Positions 1 through 9,622 of a DNA stretch of 37,108 bases are shown here, piece by piece. The translations under genes and the position numbers were made by a program. Origin of the DNA: a virus (taxonomy: Duplodnaviria > Caudoviricetes); the IMG/VR virus record IMGVR_UViG_3300020045_016408, positions 1 through 37,108 of that record; one strand, written 5' to 3'. Each line of letters begins with the position of its first letter. The stretch's first letter is position 1. The notes beneath the pieces are model-generated. The model ran no database searches. It saw only the letters and a list, made by a program, of their open reading frames with translations, and had not been told where the DNA came from.

Positions 1-198
1 TACCTTGGGACGGAAGAGGCACAGGACAGTCTTATTCCGACTAAGTCTGTTCCGATTCGTCAGTACCGTAAAAAATTTACCATCAAGGCTCAGCGAGACA
101 TTCATGTGGGAGAGGAATTGGTGTTCATTGGATCATTCGATGTGGTCCTTGACGCCGATACACTCCCCGTCCTTGCTTCAACGAGTACAATGGGTTAA
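1..198 (+). CDS. 3' end of a gene running in from the left edge; hypothetical protein with a beta-clip-like (SET/SAF) motif
   Basis: Frame 1 is open from base 1 to TAA at 196-198 (YLGTEEAQ...FTIKAQRDIHVGEELVF...STMG*). The next gene starts 11 nt later. Not in the ORF track. Confidence 0.6.
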   Translation, partial: YLGTEEAQDSLIPTKSVPIRQYRKKFTIKAQRDIHVGEELVFIGSFDVVLDADTLPVLASTSTMG

Positions 199-209
199 GC
201 CATCTTTGT

Positions 210-788
210 ATGGAATCACCAATCGAGGCCATTCAAGCGGCCAACGAAGTGACAGAGGATTTAATCGTAAAGCGTAAAGGGCGACCCCCGAAAGCGAAAT
301 CAGAAACAGAGGGAAGCGAAGTCGTGAAAGCGATGCAGAATATTTCGGAAGCGTTGAATGTCATGTCTTCAAAGTTGAGCGACGTTACCCAGCGTATTGA
401 GCGTATTGAGCAAACGGCTGAGTATCAACCTGTTTCACGTGAAACAGATGAGCCGACTGTCCCCGCCGAACCTGGAAAGGAAGACGTAACTGTTCTCGCG
501 GTGAAGAAGATTTTGGGACAAGGGGATCCGGCAAGCTGCCAGTTCTCTATCTCAATCGAGCCAGAGGGGAACGGTCGAAACTTTGCTCTTGTCATGATTC
601 CTCCGGTACATCTTCGAGAGATTCCTGATGAGATCACGAAAGATGGCCGTAGAATCGTGATGGATCGTCGGGTAAAGGTCCTCTCATACAACGAGGGGGT
701 GTCTGGGGCAGAGCAATATGCAAAGAAGGTTTACGCAAAGTGTGTAGGGTACGCAAATCAAAACGCGATCGCATACTTCGAAAAATAG
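210..788 (+). CDS. hypothetical protein of the head morphogenesis region (192 aa)
   Basis: Clean ORF with T-ATG start, N-terminal KRKGRPPK motif and a coiled-coil stretch; lies upstream of the scaffold and capsid genes. Confidence 0.8.
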   Translation: MESPIEAIQAANEVTEDLIVKRKGRPPKAKSETEGSEVVKAMQNISEALNVMSSKLSDVTQRIERIEQTAEYQPVSRETDEPTVPAEPGKEDVTVLAVKKILGQGDPASCQFSISIEPEGNGRNFALVMIPPVHLREIPDEITKDGRRIVMDRRVKVLSYNEGVSGAEQYAKKVYAKCVGYANQNAIAYFEK

Positions 789-793
789 AAAAC

Positions 794-970
794 TGAGAGG
801 CTCCTCCGCATCGGGCGCAACGCGTCCTGCGTGTTCGGGGGTCTTCAGGGAGCCGGAGAAACCCAACATTCGGGACGCCTTGCGCCAGACAGCGCTAGGC
901 GTTCTTTCTTTCGGCCAACCTAAATCGTGGACCCAGGATTACTGGGTAACCATAACGATCATCGGAGCCT
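794..970 (+). promoter_or_regulatory. structured leader upstream of the scaffold gene
   Basis: Three consecutive stem-loops: CTGAgAGGCTCC/GGGGTCTTCAG; GGGACGCCTtGCGC/GCGCtAGGCGTTCT followed by TTCTTTC; ACCCAG/CTGGGT. Their G-U pairs work on the + strand. AGGCTCC (799-805) can also pair with GGAGCCT (964-970) next to the ATG. Confidence 0.55.
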
Positions 971-971
971 T

Positions 972-1916
972 ATGTCAGACGCAGACAAGATCATTACATC
1001 TGTGGAGGATCTTGACGACGAAGACGAAAAGGAGGTCTTTCCCCCAGAGGCGGAAGAAGCATCTCCTTCAGAGGAGGAGGAAGGAGATGCGTCTGAAGAA
1101 TCTGAGGAAGGGTCTCAAGAGAAGGAGGAAACATCGGAAGTTCCTGTCGCTGAGTCTCAACCGTCTGGTCAAGAGAACGAAGCGATAGAGATTGATGGTG
1201 TGACGTATTCAAAGGAAGATCTCGACCATATCTTCACCATCGGAAAATCGGTGAAGGAATATCAGAAGGAGCATCCGGGCTACGATCCAATTCTTCTTCA
1301 CAAAGATTATACGAAGAAGGCGCAGGAGCTGGCGGAGTTGCGTCGAGCACAAATGGCGCAGCCTCAACCAGTCGCAACAACACCGGAGAAACCAAAAATC
1401 GATCTGAGCCAGTTCAAGAAAGAAGACCTCGACTATTTCGAGAAGCTTGCCTCTGCACTTGGTTACGCGAAGTCAGATGATATTGAAAAGAGCAAGATCG
1501 AAATGCGTCGTCAGGAGTACGAACGAGTGAAACATGAGGAGATCAATAAATTTGTCACCGATCATCCGGAGTATCAGATTGGGATCGAGGCGAATGATCT
1601 TCGATGGAATTCTCTCTTGTCTGAGTTTCGGATCTATAAGCTCCCTGAAGACCCCCGTGAGTTTGGCAAGCTTCTTGAGCGAGCGCATCGCGCAATCTCT
1701 GGAACAACGTCAAGCTTCGATGCGAAGAAAGTGTCAGAGATCCTCGCGAAGAAAAAAGCCGCTGCCTCTGGACAATCGTCTGTGGGTGGTGGGGCAGGCG
1801 CGAGTCAAAAATCCTCTGCCCCAAAGTCGAAGAAAATCGAACGTCTTTCAGAGATCGCGCGGAGCGGTGGGCTTGTTGGCTTCTCCGCCGAAGAACTGGA
1901 AGAGATGTTTGGCTAA
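972..1916 (+). CDS. capsid scaffolding protein
   Basis: Very acidic low-complexity N-terminus, IEIDG...DYTKKAQELAELRR motif typical of phage scaffolds, helical middle, two genes upstream of the capsid gene. Start moved from 927 to the ATG at 972 (GGAG at 964-967). Confidence 0.8.
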   Translation: MSDADKIITSVEDLDDEDEKEVFPPEAEEASPSEEEEGDASEESEEGSQEKEETSEVPVAESQPSGQENEAIEIDGVTYSKEDLDHIFTIGKSVKEYQKEHPGYDPILLHKDYTKKAQELAELRRAQMAQPQPVATTPEKPKIDLSQFKKEDLDYFEKLASALGYAKSDDIEKSKIEMRRQEYERVKHEEINKFVTDHPEYQIGIEANDLRWNSLLSEFRIYKLPEDPREFGKLLERAHRAISGTTSSFDAKKVSEILAKKKAAASGQSSVGGGAGASQKSSAPKSKKIERLSEIARSGGLVGFSAEELEEMFG

Positions 1917-1931
1917 TTATCAATAAAACTT

Positions 1932-2384
1932 ATGGCAACTCCAGGTGGATTCCATCTCCTCACCTCCGGTACGGTAGAGGATTCGATCGAACTGCCAATC
2001 TCGTCCAATGCAGTGACTCAGGGCGATCTTATGACGCTCGCAGTTGGGGCCACGACATGGTCGGATGGCGCAGCGACGCTCGAATATTGGCAGCTGAAAG
2101 CGATTGCAACAGAAACGGTTGCTTCTACAGCCACGGTCGTAAAGGCAACACTCGTTGTTTCCCTTTCTCAACAGTGGGCGTGCGAAACCGCAAACAACTC
2201 CGCTGCTGCAGATAACGGCGATCGCATGATCTTGTCCGATGCGAATACCGTGAACAACACAGGGACTGACGACACGAGCGATGACGCTGTTGTGATTCAG
2301 CGTCTTCCAATGGGTGCGGCTTCTGATAAGCGCATCATCGGTTGGATTGTTCCTGGTTCTGGCGTGAACCCTGACGCTACCTAA
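1932..2384 (+). CDS. capsid cement/decoration-like protein (150 aa)
   Basis: Small Ala/Thr-rich beta-type protein (VTQGDLMTL) between scaffold and major capsid genes. Mainly a positional call. Confidence 0.6.
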   Translation: MATPGGFHLLTSGTVEDSIELPISSNAVTQGDLMTLAVGATTWSDGAATLEYWQLKAIATETVASTATVVKATLVVSLSQQWACETANNSAAADNGDRMILSDANTVNNTGTDDTSDDAVVIQRLPMGAASDKRIIGWIVPGSGVNPDAT

Positions 2385-2408
2385 CTCATAATCTGACATT
2401 GATTTGAT

Positions 2409-3413
2409 ATGCCAGTCCCAATGACATTGGACACGGCACGCGACCTGCTCGATGTATCGATCCAGCGCGTGTACAAGAAATCTTCCAACCTCGGTGTCCC
2501 AGGTGATGTGCTCAAGCTCTATCACGAAGAGAGCACGGAAGATTATTACGATAAGGACTCCAGCCTGAGCGGGTTCGGTGAAGCGGCGCGTCTTACCGAA
2601 AACGCTATCATCACGAGCGAAAGCCCGGTGGAAGGCTACGACAAAACGTACACACAGGTCTTTCATGGCAAGATGGCGCAGTTTACGATGCAGGAATGGA
2701 AGTTCGGGATCAAGAAGCGCAAGCTCGAGGGAGTTGTGCAGGATCTCGTGAAGACCTGTCAGCGTAAGAAGGAGCGTCTTCTTACGGAGTATCTCGAGAA
2801 CTCTATTAATAACGCGAGCTCGTACTCAGTTTCGGATGATTCCGGTAACTGGACGAAGAGCGTGCTTGGTGGGGATTCCCAAGAGTTCATCGACAGCTCG
2901 CACACCCGAGAAGATGGTGGTGCTGTGTGGAGCAACGTGGTCAGCGACGGCACGACGTCCAACATGGACTTCGAAGACGATGCTCTGAAGGCGCTCTGGC
3001 GCACAGGCTCGCTTATCCGCGATCCGAAGGGAAACCTGATGGATATCAACTACGACACGTTGGTGTTCCGCAAGGGATCTTCAATCAGCTTCCGCGCAAT
3101 GGAGATCAACGGGGCCTTGAAGAAGAATATGGTTCCGTCGAGTGCTGAGAATGATGGCGCCCCGTTTGGCGCGTTCAACACGCTTATGCTGCCGTATCTC
3201 TCCACGTCCGCCGCTGCGTACTGGTGGGGGTTTGATATGACGGCGAAGGGTCCTGAAACTGGACTCCAGGTTCGGAAGTCTCAAGAGATTGTTCTTGACA
3301 AGCCGTACTCCGATTACAAAACAAAGAACATCTATGTCTCGTCCACCTTTGCAATGGACTACGGACACAATGATGCTCGTTTTGCTGCCGGATCGCTTGG
3401 AACGAACGCCTAA
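2409..3413 (+). CDS. major capsid protein (HK97 fold, resembles Mu gpT-like family)
   Basis: 334 aa with SSLSGFGEAARLTEN...EGYDKTYT, GGDSQEFIDSSH and a C-terminal DYGHNDARFAAGSLG pattern typical of this capsid family; follows scaffold and cement genes. Confidence 0.85.
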   Translation: MPVPMTLDTARDLLDVSIQRVYKKSSNLGVPGDVLKLYHEESTEDYYDKDSSLSGFGEAARLTENAIITSESPVEGYDKTYTQVFHGKMAQFTMQEWKFGIKKRKLEGVVQDLVKTCQRKKERLLTEYLENSINNASSYSVSDDSGNWTKSVLGGDSQEFIDSSHTREDGGAVWSNVVSDGTTSNMDFEDDALKALWRTGSLIRDPKGNLMDINYDTLVFRKGSSISFRAMEINGALKKNMVPSSAENDGAPFGAFNTLMLPYLSTSAAAYWWGFDMTAKGPETGLQVRKSQEIVLDKPYSDYKTKNIYVSSTFAMDYGHNDARFAAGSLGTNA

Positions 3414-3432
3414 CCTGTAATACATAAAACTT

Positions 3433-6105
3433 ATGCCTACCCCATACGGTTCTGGGAGTAAATTCCCGCACGGGGTGCATGCGGGTCGAGCGCTGGAGTT
3501 GGAGAATTTGTCTACAGCCCCAGCGATCACGACGAACAAAGTCTATTTCCTCAACGGCGTTCTCTATGCAGATGGAGTGAGCTGTGAAGGAGGAGGTGGA
3601 GGTGGTTCGTCACTCGATGCAGCCTACAACGGTGGTTCGACGATCTCTGTCGACATCGGTTCAGTGACTCTCGCTGGAGTCAACCAGGATACCGCTGTGC
3701 TCGCGATTACGGGCGACGGTGATTCTGCGGGCGCACTCTTGAAGTTCACACACACGACCGACACACGTAACGATGTGTTGGGAACCGGCTCGACCTGGAA
3801 GGTTACCGGTCAAGGAAAGGCTACGTTCGACACGGTGTACTCCGCGACACTTGTCGCTGCTGCATCGAGTAACGTGAACCTCACAATTGATGCCGCGGGG
3901 TCTGGAACGATTGCGATCGGTGCTACATCTACGGGTGTTGTAACGATTACGCCAGCGCTTACGGCAACAGCGTCAATCACGGTTACAGGGGCTGGTGGGA
4001 GCAACGTGCTCACGGTTACAGCCGGCGATGTCGTTGTGTCCGATGGGTCACTCCTTCTGACCGATGATGATAACGCCAGCTCTCTCCGTATCACGAACAA
4101 CTCGGCAACGACGGTGGGTGCGTCAGCAAACACTGGACTTGTGGAGTTTGCTTCGACCTCACTCACGACCGGAACGTTGCTCCATCTTGAGCTTACGGAG
4201 GGGACACTGAACGGCGGTCACTATCTCAAGTGTTGGGATGTAACGGCTGGTGCAGCAGTGTTCTCGGTTGGAGAAAACGGCGATGTCTCAATTACAGGGA
4301 CCGCAGATGCAACCGCACTTGCGATCGCTTCAGGAGACTTTGTCATGTTGGATGGTAAGGTTGCCATCACAAACCAGGATAACGAAGACACGCTTGCGAT
4401 CGTGAACAATGGGCTCACGTCGGCAAGCGCGATCGATCTCTCTGGTTCCGGAACCTTCACGGGTTCTACAACTTCCTCATTCATTCATGTCTCTCCTTCT
4501 GGTCTAACGTCTGGTACGGTGGCATACATCGTGGCGGGCGCGTTGACGACTGGAAAGATGTTGCACATGAGCGCTACAGCAGCGACGGACGGTATCTTGC
4601 TCGATATTGTCGGCGGCGGAGCGAACATGTCCTCAACAGGACGTGTCGCAAAACTGTCGATGGGGGCTGGGACCGTTGGTCAGGCGCTCGAGATCGTGAC
4701 GACTGGTGCGTACACCGGAGCTGGTGTCGTGACAGTGACCGCTGACTCAGCGACTACCGCTGGTGCCTCGGCTGGTCAGGGGATTGTTGCGGTGTCCGCG
4801 GATGCGATCACGACTGGCACGCTCTTGGATGTCACTTCGACCTCCATTGTGCTCACAACGGGTCGTCTTGTAGACCTCTCACACATCTCTGGAAACATTA
4901 CTGGAACTCTTGATAAGACCGCTGATCTTATCAATATGTCTTCGGAGCGTACCGTAACGACTGGAACAGTCGCTGACGACTTCGACATGGTGTCGCTCGT
5001 CCGCACTTCCATCATTAACGGTGGCGGAACGTTCTCAGCGACGGGCTCTGTCCTGCGCATCGAGAACGCCGTGACGAATACCTCTGGAACAGTCACGGAC
5101 ACCGCCAAGGGCCTCGAGATCGTGATGGATTCTCTGGGAACTGGTGATGCACTCGAAATCACGCATGGCGCAATCGCTGGAATTTCTATTGATATCGTCG
5201 CAACGGCGATGACGACAGGAAAGGCGATCGACATCTCAGATGCGAACGCGCTTACCTCTGGTATCGTGCTGCACATTGCTTCGTCTGCTACGGCGATTGC
5301 GACCACTGGACGCTTGATCTACTCCAACCATTCTGGGGCAACGGGTAGCACAGCGATCTTGAACGAGTTTGCCTCTGCGGCGAACGACGAGACGACCATC
5401 TTTAAGGTGACTGCCTCTGATTTGCTTGCCGGTGGTGTCGCAGTAGACATCTCCGCTGTAGCAATGACGACTGGAACTGCGCTCGATCTCAGTGATCTGA
5501 ACGCGCTCACGTCGGGTAAGGGCATCAACCTTATTGCGAATAGTTCGGACACCGGTTCGTTTATCCTGCTCAACATCAAGAACGATCACGCCTCAGCAAC
5601 TGGCGCGTCCTTGATCACAGCGACGCAGGATTCGACGGGTGATTCCATCTTCATCGATCATAATGGAGTGACCGGTAAGGCCATCTTCATCGATCATGAA
5701 GGAACGACGCAGACAGGCGGTATCATCGATATCTCGCCTGCGGCTCTCACGACCGGAACCGTTATCGACATCGGCGATGCTGATGCGCTGACGACCGGGA
5801 AGATCTTGAACCTCGTGAGTAATAGTGCGGATGTTTCGGCTCGCAGCCTCGTGTACGTGAAGAACGATCACGCGTCCGCGGTCGGCGCAATCCCGCTTAC
5901 TCTCGCTCAAGACGGAGCTGTCTCGACGAACTACTTCAAGATGGCGACATTCGTCTCTTCGTCGGGAACTGTGACGCTCTGGTGTGGAAACGGGACAACC
6001 GGTAACGGGAACCTCTCTGGAACAGCTGGAGACATCCTGTTCAACGGTGGTAGCAATAAACCCGAATACTGCACTGGAACGACAAACTGGACTGCTCTTG
6101 TCTAA
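3433..6105 (+). CDS. large beta-helix-like virion fibre/spike protein (890 aa)
   Basis: Gly/Thr/Ala/Ser-rich with many (L/M)T(T/S)G turns and near-duplicated blocks (AMTTGKAIDISDANALTSG, AMTTGTALDLSDLNALTSG, ALTTGTVIDIGDADALTTG; KNDHASA twice). Directly after the capsid gene. Confidence 0.7.
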   Translation: MPTPYGSGSKFPHGVHAGRALELENLSTAPAITTNKVYFLNGVLYADGVSCEGGGGGGSSLDAAYNGGSTISVDIGSVTLAGVNQDTAVLAITGDGDSAGALLKFTHTTDTRNDVLGTGSTWKVTGQGKATFDTVYSATLVAAASSNVNLTIDAAGSGTIAIGATSTGVVTITPALTATASITVTGAGGSNVLTVTAGDVVVSDGSLLLTDDDNASSLRITNNSATTVGASANTGLVEFASTSLTTGTLLHLELTEGTLNGGHYLKCWDVTAGAAVFSVGENGDVSITGTADATALAIASGDFVMLDGKVAITNQDNEDTLAIVNNGLTSASAIDLSGSGTFTGSTTSSFIHVSPSGLTSGTVAYIVAGALTTGKMLHMSATAATDGILLDIVGGGANMSSTGRVAKLSMGAGTVGQALEIVTTGAYTGAGVVTVTADSATTAGASAGQGIVAVSADAITTGTLLDVTSTSIVLTTGRLVDLSHISGNITGTLDKTADLINMSSERTVTTGTVADDFDMVSLVRTSIINGGGTFSATGSVLRIENAVTNTSGTVTDTAKGLEIVMDSLGTGDALEITHGAIAGISIDIVATAMTTGKAIDISDANALTSGIVLHIASSATAIATTGRLIYSNHSGATGSTAILNEFASAANDETTIFKVTASDLLAGGVAVDISAVAMTTGTALDLSDLNALTSGKGINLIANSSDTGSFILLNIKNDHASATGASLITATQDSTGDSIFIDHNGVTGKAIFIDHEGTTQTGGIIDISPAALTTGTVIDIGDADALTTGKILNLVSNSADVSARSLVYVKNDHASAVGAIPLTLAQDGAVSTNYFKMATFVSSSGTVTLWCGNGTTGNGNLSGTAGDILFNGGSNKPEYCTGTTNWTALV

Positions 6106-6119
6106 TAAACTTGAAACTT

Positions 6120-6165
6120 CCACCCGCTCCTCCTTGTCACTCCCTCATAGGAGGAGGGGCGGTGG
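6120..6165 (+). promoter_or_regulatory. imperfect GC-rich intergenic hairpin
   Basis: CCACCCGCTCCTCCT pairs with AGGAGGAGGGGCGGTGG; no U-tract follows. Confidence 0.45.
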
Positions 6166-6176
6166 TTGCAAACTCT

Positions 6177-6479
6177 ATGCGACTTACAAACACAGCGAAG
6201 ATCTACACCGCGCAGAAGAACGTGGCTGTGTCAGGAACGCCAGAACAGCTTGACGCTGCCCTGATTCCTGACGGTGCGTCTGTTGTCGTGAAAGCCAAGA
6301 CGGCCAACACGGGTACGATTACTGTCGGAAACTCAAGCGCGAACGCCCTGAACTCAGGAACTGCTCACTACAAACTTACCGCTGGAATGGCGATCGGGCT
6401 TCAGGTGAAGGACGCTTCCGCTATCTGGCTCGACGCAACTGTTTCAGGAGAGGGTGTTGAAGTTATCGCCGAATACTAA
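6177..6479 (+). CDS. small virion structural protein (100 aa)
   Basis: Beta-rich ORF (VVVKAKTANTGTITVG...IWLDATVSGEGVEV) of a type common in phage head/fibre regions. Start set at ATG 6177 rather than TTG 6111. Confidence 0.7.
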   Translation: MRLTNTAKIYTAQKNVAVSGTPEQLDAALIPDGASVVVKAKTANTGTITVGNSSANALNSGTAHYKLTAGMAIGLQVKDASAIWLDATVSGEGVEVIAEY

Positions 6480-6490
6480 CCCCTTCAAAT

Positions 6491-8794
6491 ATGGCCCAAG
6501 TTGTTGACTCTTGGAGAGGTGGTGGGTTCGGAAAAGGCGCCTACACACTTGAAGCTGGATCCGCTGCACAGGTCGCGGCGACTATTCAGGGTGTTGCCGG
6601 ACAGACAGCGAACGTATTCAATGTAAAAAACAGTTCAGGCACGATTCTCTTTGGCGTCGACGCGTCAGGGAACGTCACAGTAAATGGAACCGTAACAGAA
6701 CTTGCGCAAGAGAGCGGGACCTCTCTCGTACTCTCCGCTAGTCTGCAGGTCGGAACAACTTCACTTCTTTCGGGGGATGTCACCATGTCCTCCGGTCTTT
6801 CTGTTGCGGGCGCAACTACGTTTGTTGGTGACGTCGTGGCGAACCATAACCTCACCGTGAACAACTCACTGGTCTTCAATGGCTTTGCTTACGGAAATGT
6901 TCTTTTCCTGAACGAGCAGGTGAATGCACCAACTCATACGGCAGAGAAGGGAGTCCTCTACGTAAAGGATGTCGCTGGAGTCTCTGAACTACATTACAAG
7001 GATTCTGCTGGCTCAGCGACACAGGTTACGAGCGCAGGTGCAGCCTTTGTAACCCTCACTGGAACTCAGACGCTTTCAAACAAAACTCTCACCGCCCCAA
7101 AGATTGTAAGCGGGGGTTTTATCGCAGATGCCAACGGGAATGAACTCATCATCTTCACGACGACCGCAGATGCGGTGAACGAGATCACGTTTGCAAACGG
7201 TGGTACGGGAGTGAATCCAAAGTTCACTGCTTCCGGTGAAACGAACGTCGGCATTGACTTCCAGGCGAAAGGAACGGGTGTGTACCGATTGCTCGGTACA
7301 GTAGAGCAGGCCGCTGAACTCCGCCTCTACGAGGATACGACTGATGGTACGAACTACACCGCGTTCAAGGTGGGGACACAGGCGGGTGACATCACCTATA
7401 CGCTTCCGGTGAACGATGGTGACTCAGGACAGTTCCTCACGTCTGATGGTTCAGGGGTGCTGTCTTGGACAACGGCTTCGGGGTTTGCTTGGGGAGCTTC
7501 GATTACAGACACAACTGGCGATGGAGTGACGGTTGCGTATACAGGAACAAGCAGTGGCTCGAACCATTGTATTGTCGTCACCTCTCCATCAGCCGTCTCT
7601 ATTGACGCAGTAAAAATTACCTGTGCGGGAGGCAGCTCTTTTGGCTCCCTGGCTGTCTTGACTCCTGATGTTCCCAACGGGAATAGTAATCAAATCTTTG
7701 TTGGCAAGACAGATGCTTCGACTTATTTCGTTGTTAAGGATAATGGAATCGTTGTCCTTACACCGACATCATCAGGAAATGGAGCCATCCAACTCACAGT
7801 GCCCGCAACGGGTGGATATGGTGTATTTGTTCAGATTTCCGCGAGCGTTGCGGATGCAACGGCGGCTTACTATGCACAAGCGAGCAATACTCAATCGAAT
7901 CAGTCTACGTTGTTCTCTGGTCTGCTCGGGTCGTCAGGAAACGTCATGGGGCTTCTTATCAAAGGGACAGGGAGTACCACAGCGGGAGGCGATGGAACAG
8001 GAAGCAACCACGTTACTATTTGGGGGAACACTTCAAACAACGCAAACACCGCTCTTTCCATTGGAAACAATACCTCGTATGCGGAACGGTTCACCATCTT
8101 AAACTCGGGGAAGGTTACGATTTCTTACGCTGTAAATGATTCAGTCGCGGCGTTGACGGCTTCTCGGACATCCAACAACACGGGGATGGGACCGGCCATT
8201 TTAGCGGAACTTACCGGATCCGGAGCGGCTGTTGGTGACTCTGTCGGACTGATCTACGTCACAAACCACAGCTCTTCTACCACAATGTCCACAGGACTTC
8301 GTATCGACATGAATGGAGAAGCAACGCTCGTCGCACATACATCAGCAGATGTCGCTGGGGCGTACATCAACGTAGACCGTCAGCATACGGGAGCGACAAC
8401 GATTGAAGATACGGACGGGACGCACTCGATTCGTCTTCATCGCCTGCTTCGTTCTGGTCATGCTTCGGCCAACTTCACAAACAACACTCCGAACGTGAAG
8501 ATCACACAAACAGCCACTCAAACCTCTGGGACCTTGACGTGTTCTGGTTCTGGGATTTCGTTATCACACAATACGAGTGCTGCCGCTCGAACGTGGGCGA
8601 TGGATGTTACACATAACAATATCAACGGAGGTGGTCTAGCGTGCGGGATCGACTTCTCGACGTTCTCGGTAGACGAACCGATCTTCAAGTTTGTCGCTGA
8701 CGCAATTACTGTCGCTGGGACAGCATCGCACCAATTCGCTGTAGACGTAGGGGGAACGACATTCTATCTCGTTGGTTATACTCATGGAACCTAA
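6491..8794 (+). CDS. fibre-like virion protein (767 aa)
   Basis: Fibre motifs VTLTGTQTLSNKTLTAPKI and ITYTLPVNDGDSGQFLTSDGSGVLSW, followed by a beta-rich C-terminal region. Confidence 0.75.
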   Translation: MAQVVDSWRGGGFGKGAYTLEAGSAAQVAATIQGVAGQTANVFNVKNSSGTILFGVDASGNVTVNGTVTELAQESGTSLVLSASLQVGTTSLLSGDVTMSSGLSVAGATTFVGDVVANHNLTVNNSLVFNGFAYGNVLFLNEQVNAPTHTAEKGVLYVKDVAGVSELHYKDSAGSATQVTSAGAAFVTLTGTQTLSNKTLTAPKIVSGGFIADANGNELIIFTTTADAVNEITFANGGTGVNPKFTASGETNVGIDFQAKGTGVYRLLGTVEQAAELRLYEDTTDGTNYTAFKVGTQAGDITYTLPVNDGDSGQFLTSDGSGVLSWTTASGFAWGASITDTTGDGVTVAYTGTSSGSNHCIVVTSPSAVSIDAVKITCAGGSSFGSLAVLTPDVPNGNSNQIFVGKTDASTYFVVKDNGIVVLTPTSSGNGAIQLTVPATGGYGVFVQISASVADATAAYYAQASNTQSNQSTLFSGLLGSSGNVMGLLIKGTGSTTAGGDGTGSNHVTIWGNTSNNANTALSIGNNTSYAERFTILNSGKVTISYAVNDSVAALTASRTSNNTGMGPAILAELTGSGAAVGDSVGLIYVTNHSSSTTMSTGLRIDMNGEATLVAHTSADVAGAYINVDRQHTGATTIEDTDGTHSIRLHRLLRSGHASANFTNNTPNVKITQTATQTSGTLTCSGSGISLSHNTSAAARTWAMDVTHNNINGGGLACGIDFSTFSVDEPIFKFVADAITVAGTASHQFAVDVGGTTFYLVGYTHGT

Positions 8795-8800
8795 CGCGCT

Positions 8801-9082
8801 ATGACATTCTCCGTACAAGAACTCGGACTCATCCTCTACGTCGTGAATCAGACAAAAGAAGGACAGGCTCGCAAGTTTGCTGTGGTCGAACTTGCGGCTG
8901 TCCTTGAAATCGTGAAGAAGATTCGTACTCATGCAGACGCGGAAGGAAAGATCGCGGCAGGTGAGTACGAGGTAGATTTCTCGACTGATGAGAAAGCGCG
9001 AATCTTGAAGCTTGTGGATGAAATGGAGTGGACGCCCGGAGACGCTGAAACGGTTTTGTCTCTACAAGAAAAGTTGAAGTGA
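8801..9082 (+). CDS. hypothetical protein, possibly a fibre assembly chaperone (93 aa)
   Basis: Clean helical ORF directly after the fibre gene. Function is positional only. Confidence 0.7.
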   Translation: MTFSVQELGLILYVVNQTKEGQARKFAVVELAAVLEIVKKIRTHADAEGKIAAGEYEVDFSTDEKARILKLVDEMEWTPGDAETVLSLQEKLK

Positions 9083-9085
9083 TCT

Positions 9086-9229
9086 ATGCGCTTCTCTCTC
9101 TTCCTTTCCCTGCTCACCTTCCCCGCTATCCTCATCTTCTGGGGAATCTTTGACGGGTGGAACGGAGCAAAGATGGTGGTGGGAGCAGCGGTGGCCCTCG
9201 CATTCTTCGCCTGGTATTACTTGAATTAG
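9086..9229 (+). CDS. small two-TM membrane protein (47 aa), holin-like
   Basis: Hand translation: MRFSLFLSLLTFPAILIFWGIFDGWNGAKMVVGAAVALAFFAWYYLN*. Fills the gap with a T-ATG start. Confidence 0.6.
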   Translation: MRFSLFLSLLTFPAILIFWGIFDGWNGAKMVVGAAVALAFFAWYYLN

Positions 9230-9230
9230 T

Positions 9231-9395
9231 ATGGGGAAATATTCTTCTAAGGCCCCTAGGTCAAACATTCCGACGTTCATCTACGAGGGGACACCTGGAG
9301 TGCTGCGACAGTTAGAGAGGCTTCTCAAATTCTCTGTAACAGAAAAAACACCATCCTTGTCTGTAAAGAAGAAGAAATATGGGGGACCCATGTGA
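9231..9395 (+). CDS. small basic hypothetical protein (54 aa)
   Basis: Hand translation MGKYSSKAPRSNIPTFIYEG...KKKKYGGPM*; coupled to the previous gene by TAG-T-ATG. Confidence 0.45.
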   Translation: MGKYSSKAPRSNIPTFIYEGTPGVLRQLERLLKFSVTEKTPSLSVKKKKYGGPM

Positions 9396-9603
9396 GACTC
9401 AAAAAGGCGATTTACAAGAACAGATTACTAATATCCGCGATAACCACTTGATGCATCTTGCAAAAGACGTAACTGATATCAAGGTCGCAATGGCGACACA
9501 TGCGCAGGATCTCAATTGGTTGAAGAGGTTCTTCTGGATTGTCGCAACGACAAGTGTTGGTTCACTGCTCACAGGACTTATGAATCTCGTGATCAGTCAA
9601 TAA
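9379..9603 (+). CDS. XhlA-like/holin-like protein (coiled coil plus C-terminal TM)
   Basis: IRDNHLMHLAKDV...DLNWLKRFFWIVATTSVGSLLTGL; immediately upstream of the M23 peptidase. Confidence 0.7.
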   Translation: MGDPCETQKGDLQEQITNIRDNHLMHLAKDVTDIKVAMATHAQDLNWLKRFFWIVATTSVGSLLTGLMNLVISQ

Positions 9604-9622
9604 GTCGTAACCGATCCTCTTT

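Noticed and set aside
1920-2666. 248-aa - strand ORF and similar long antisense ORFs (e.g. 27533-28141, 33789-34499)
   Set aside because: Shadows of well-supported genes on the opposite strand, with no motifs.
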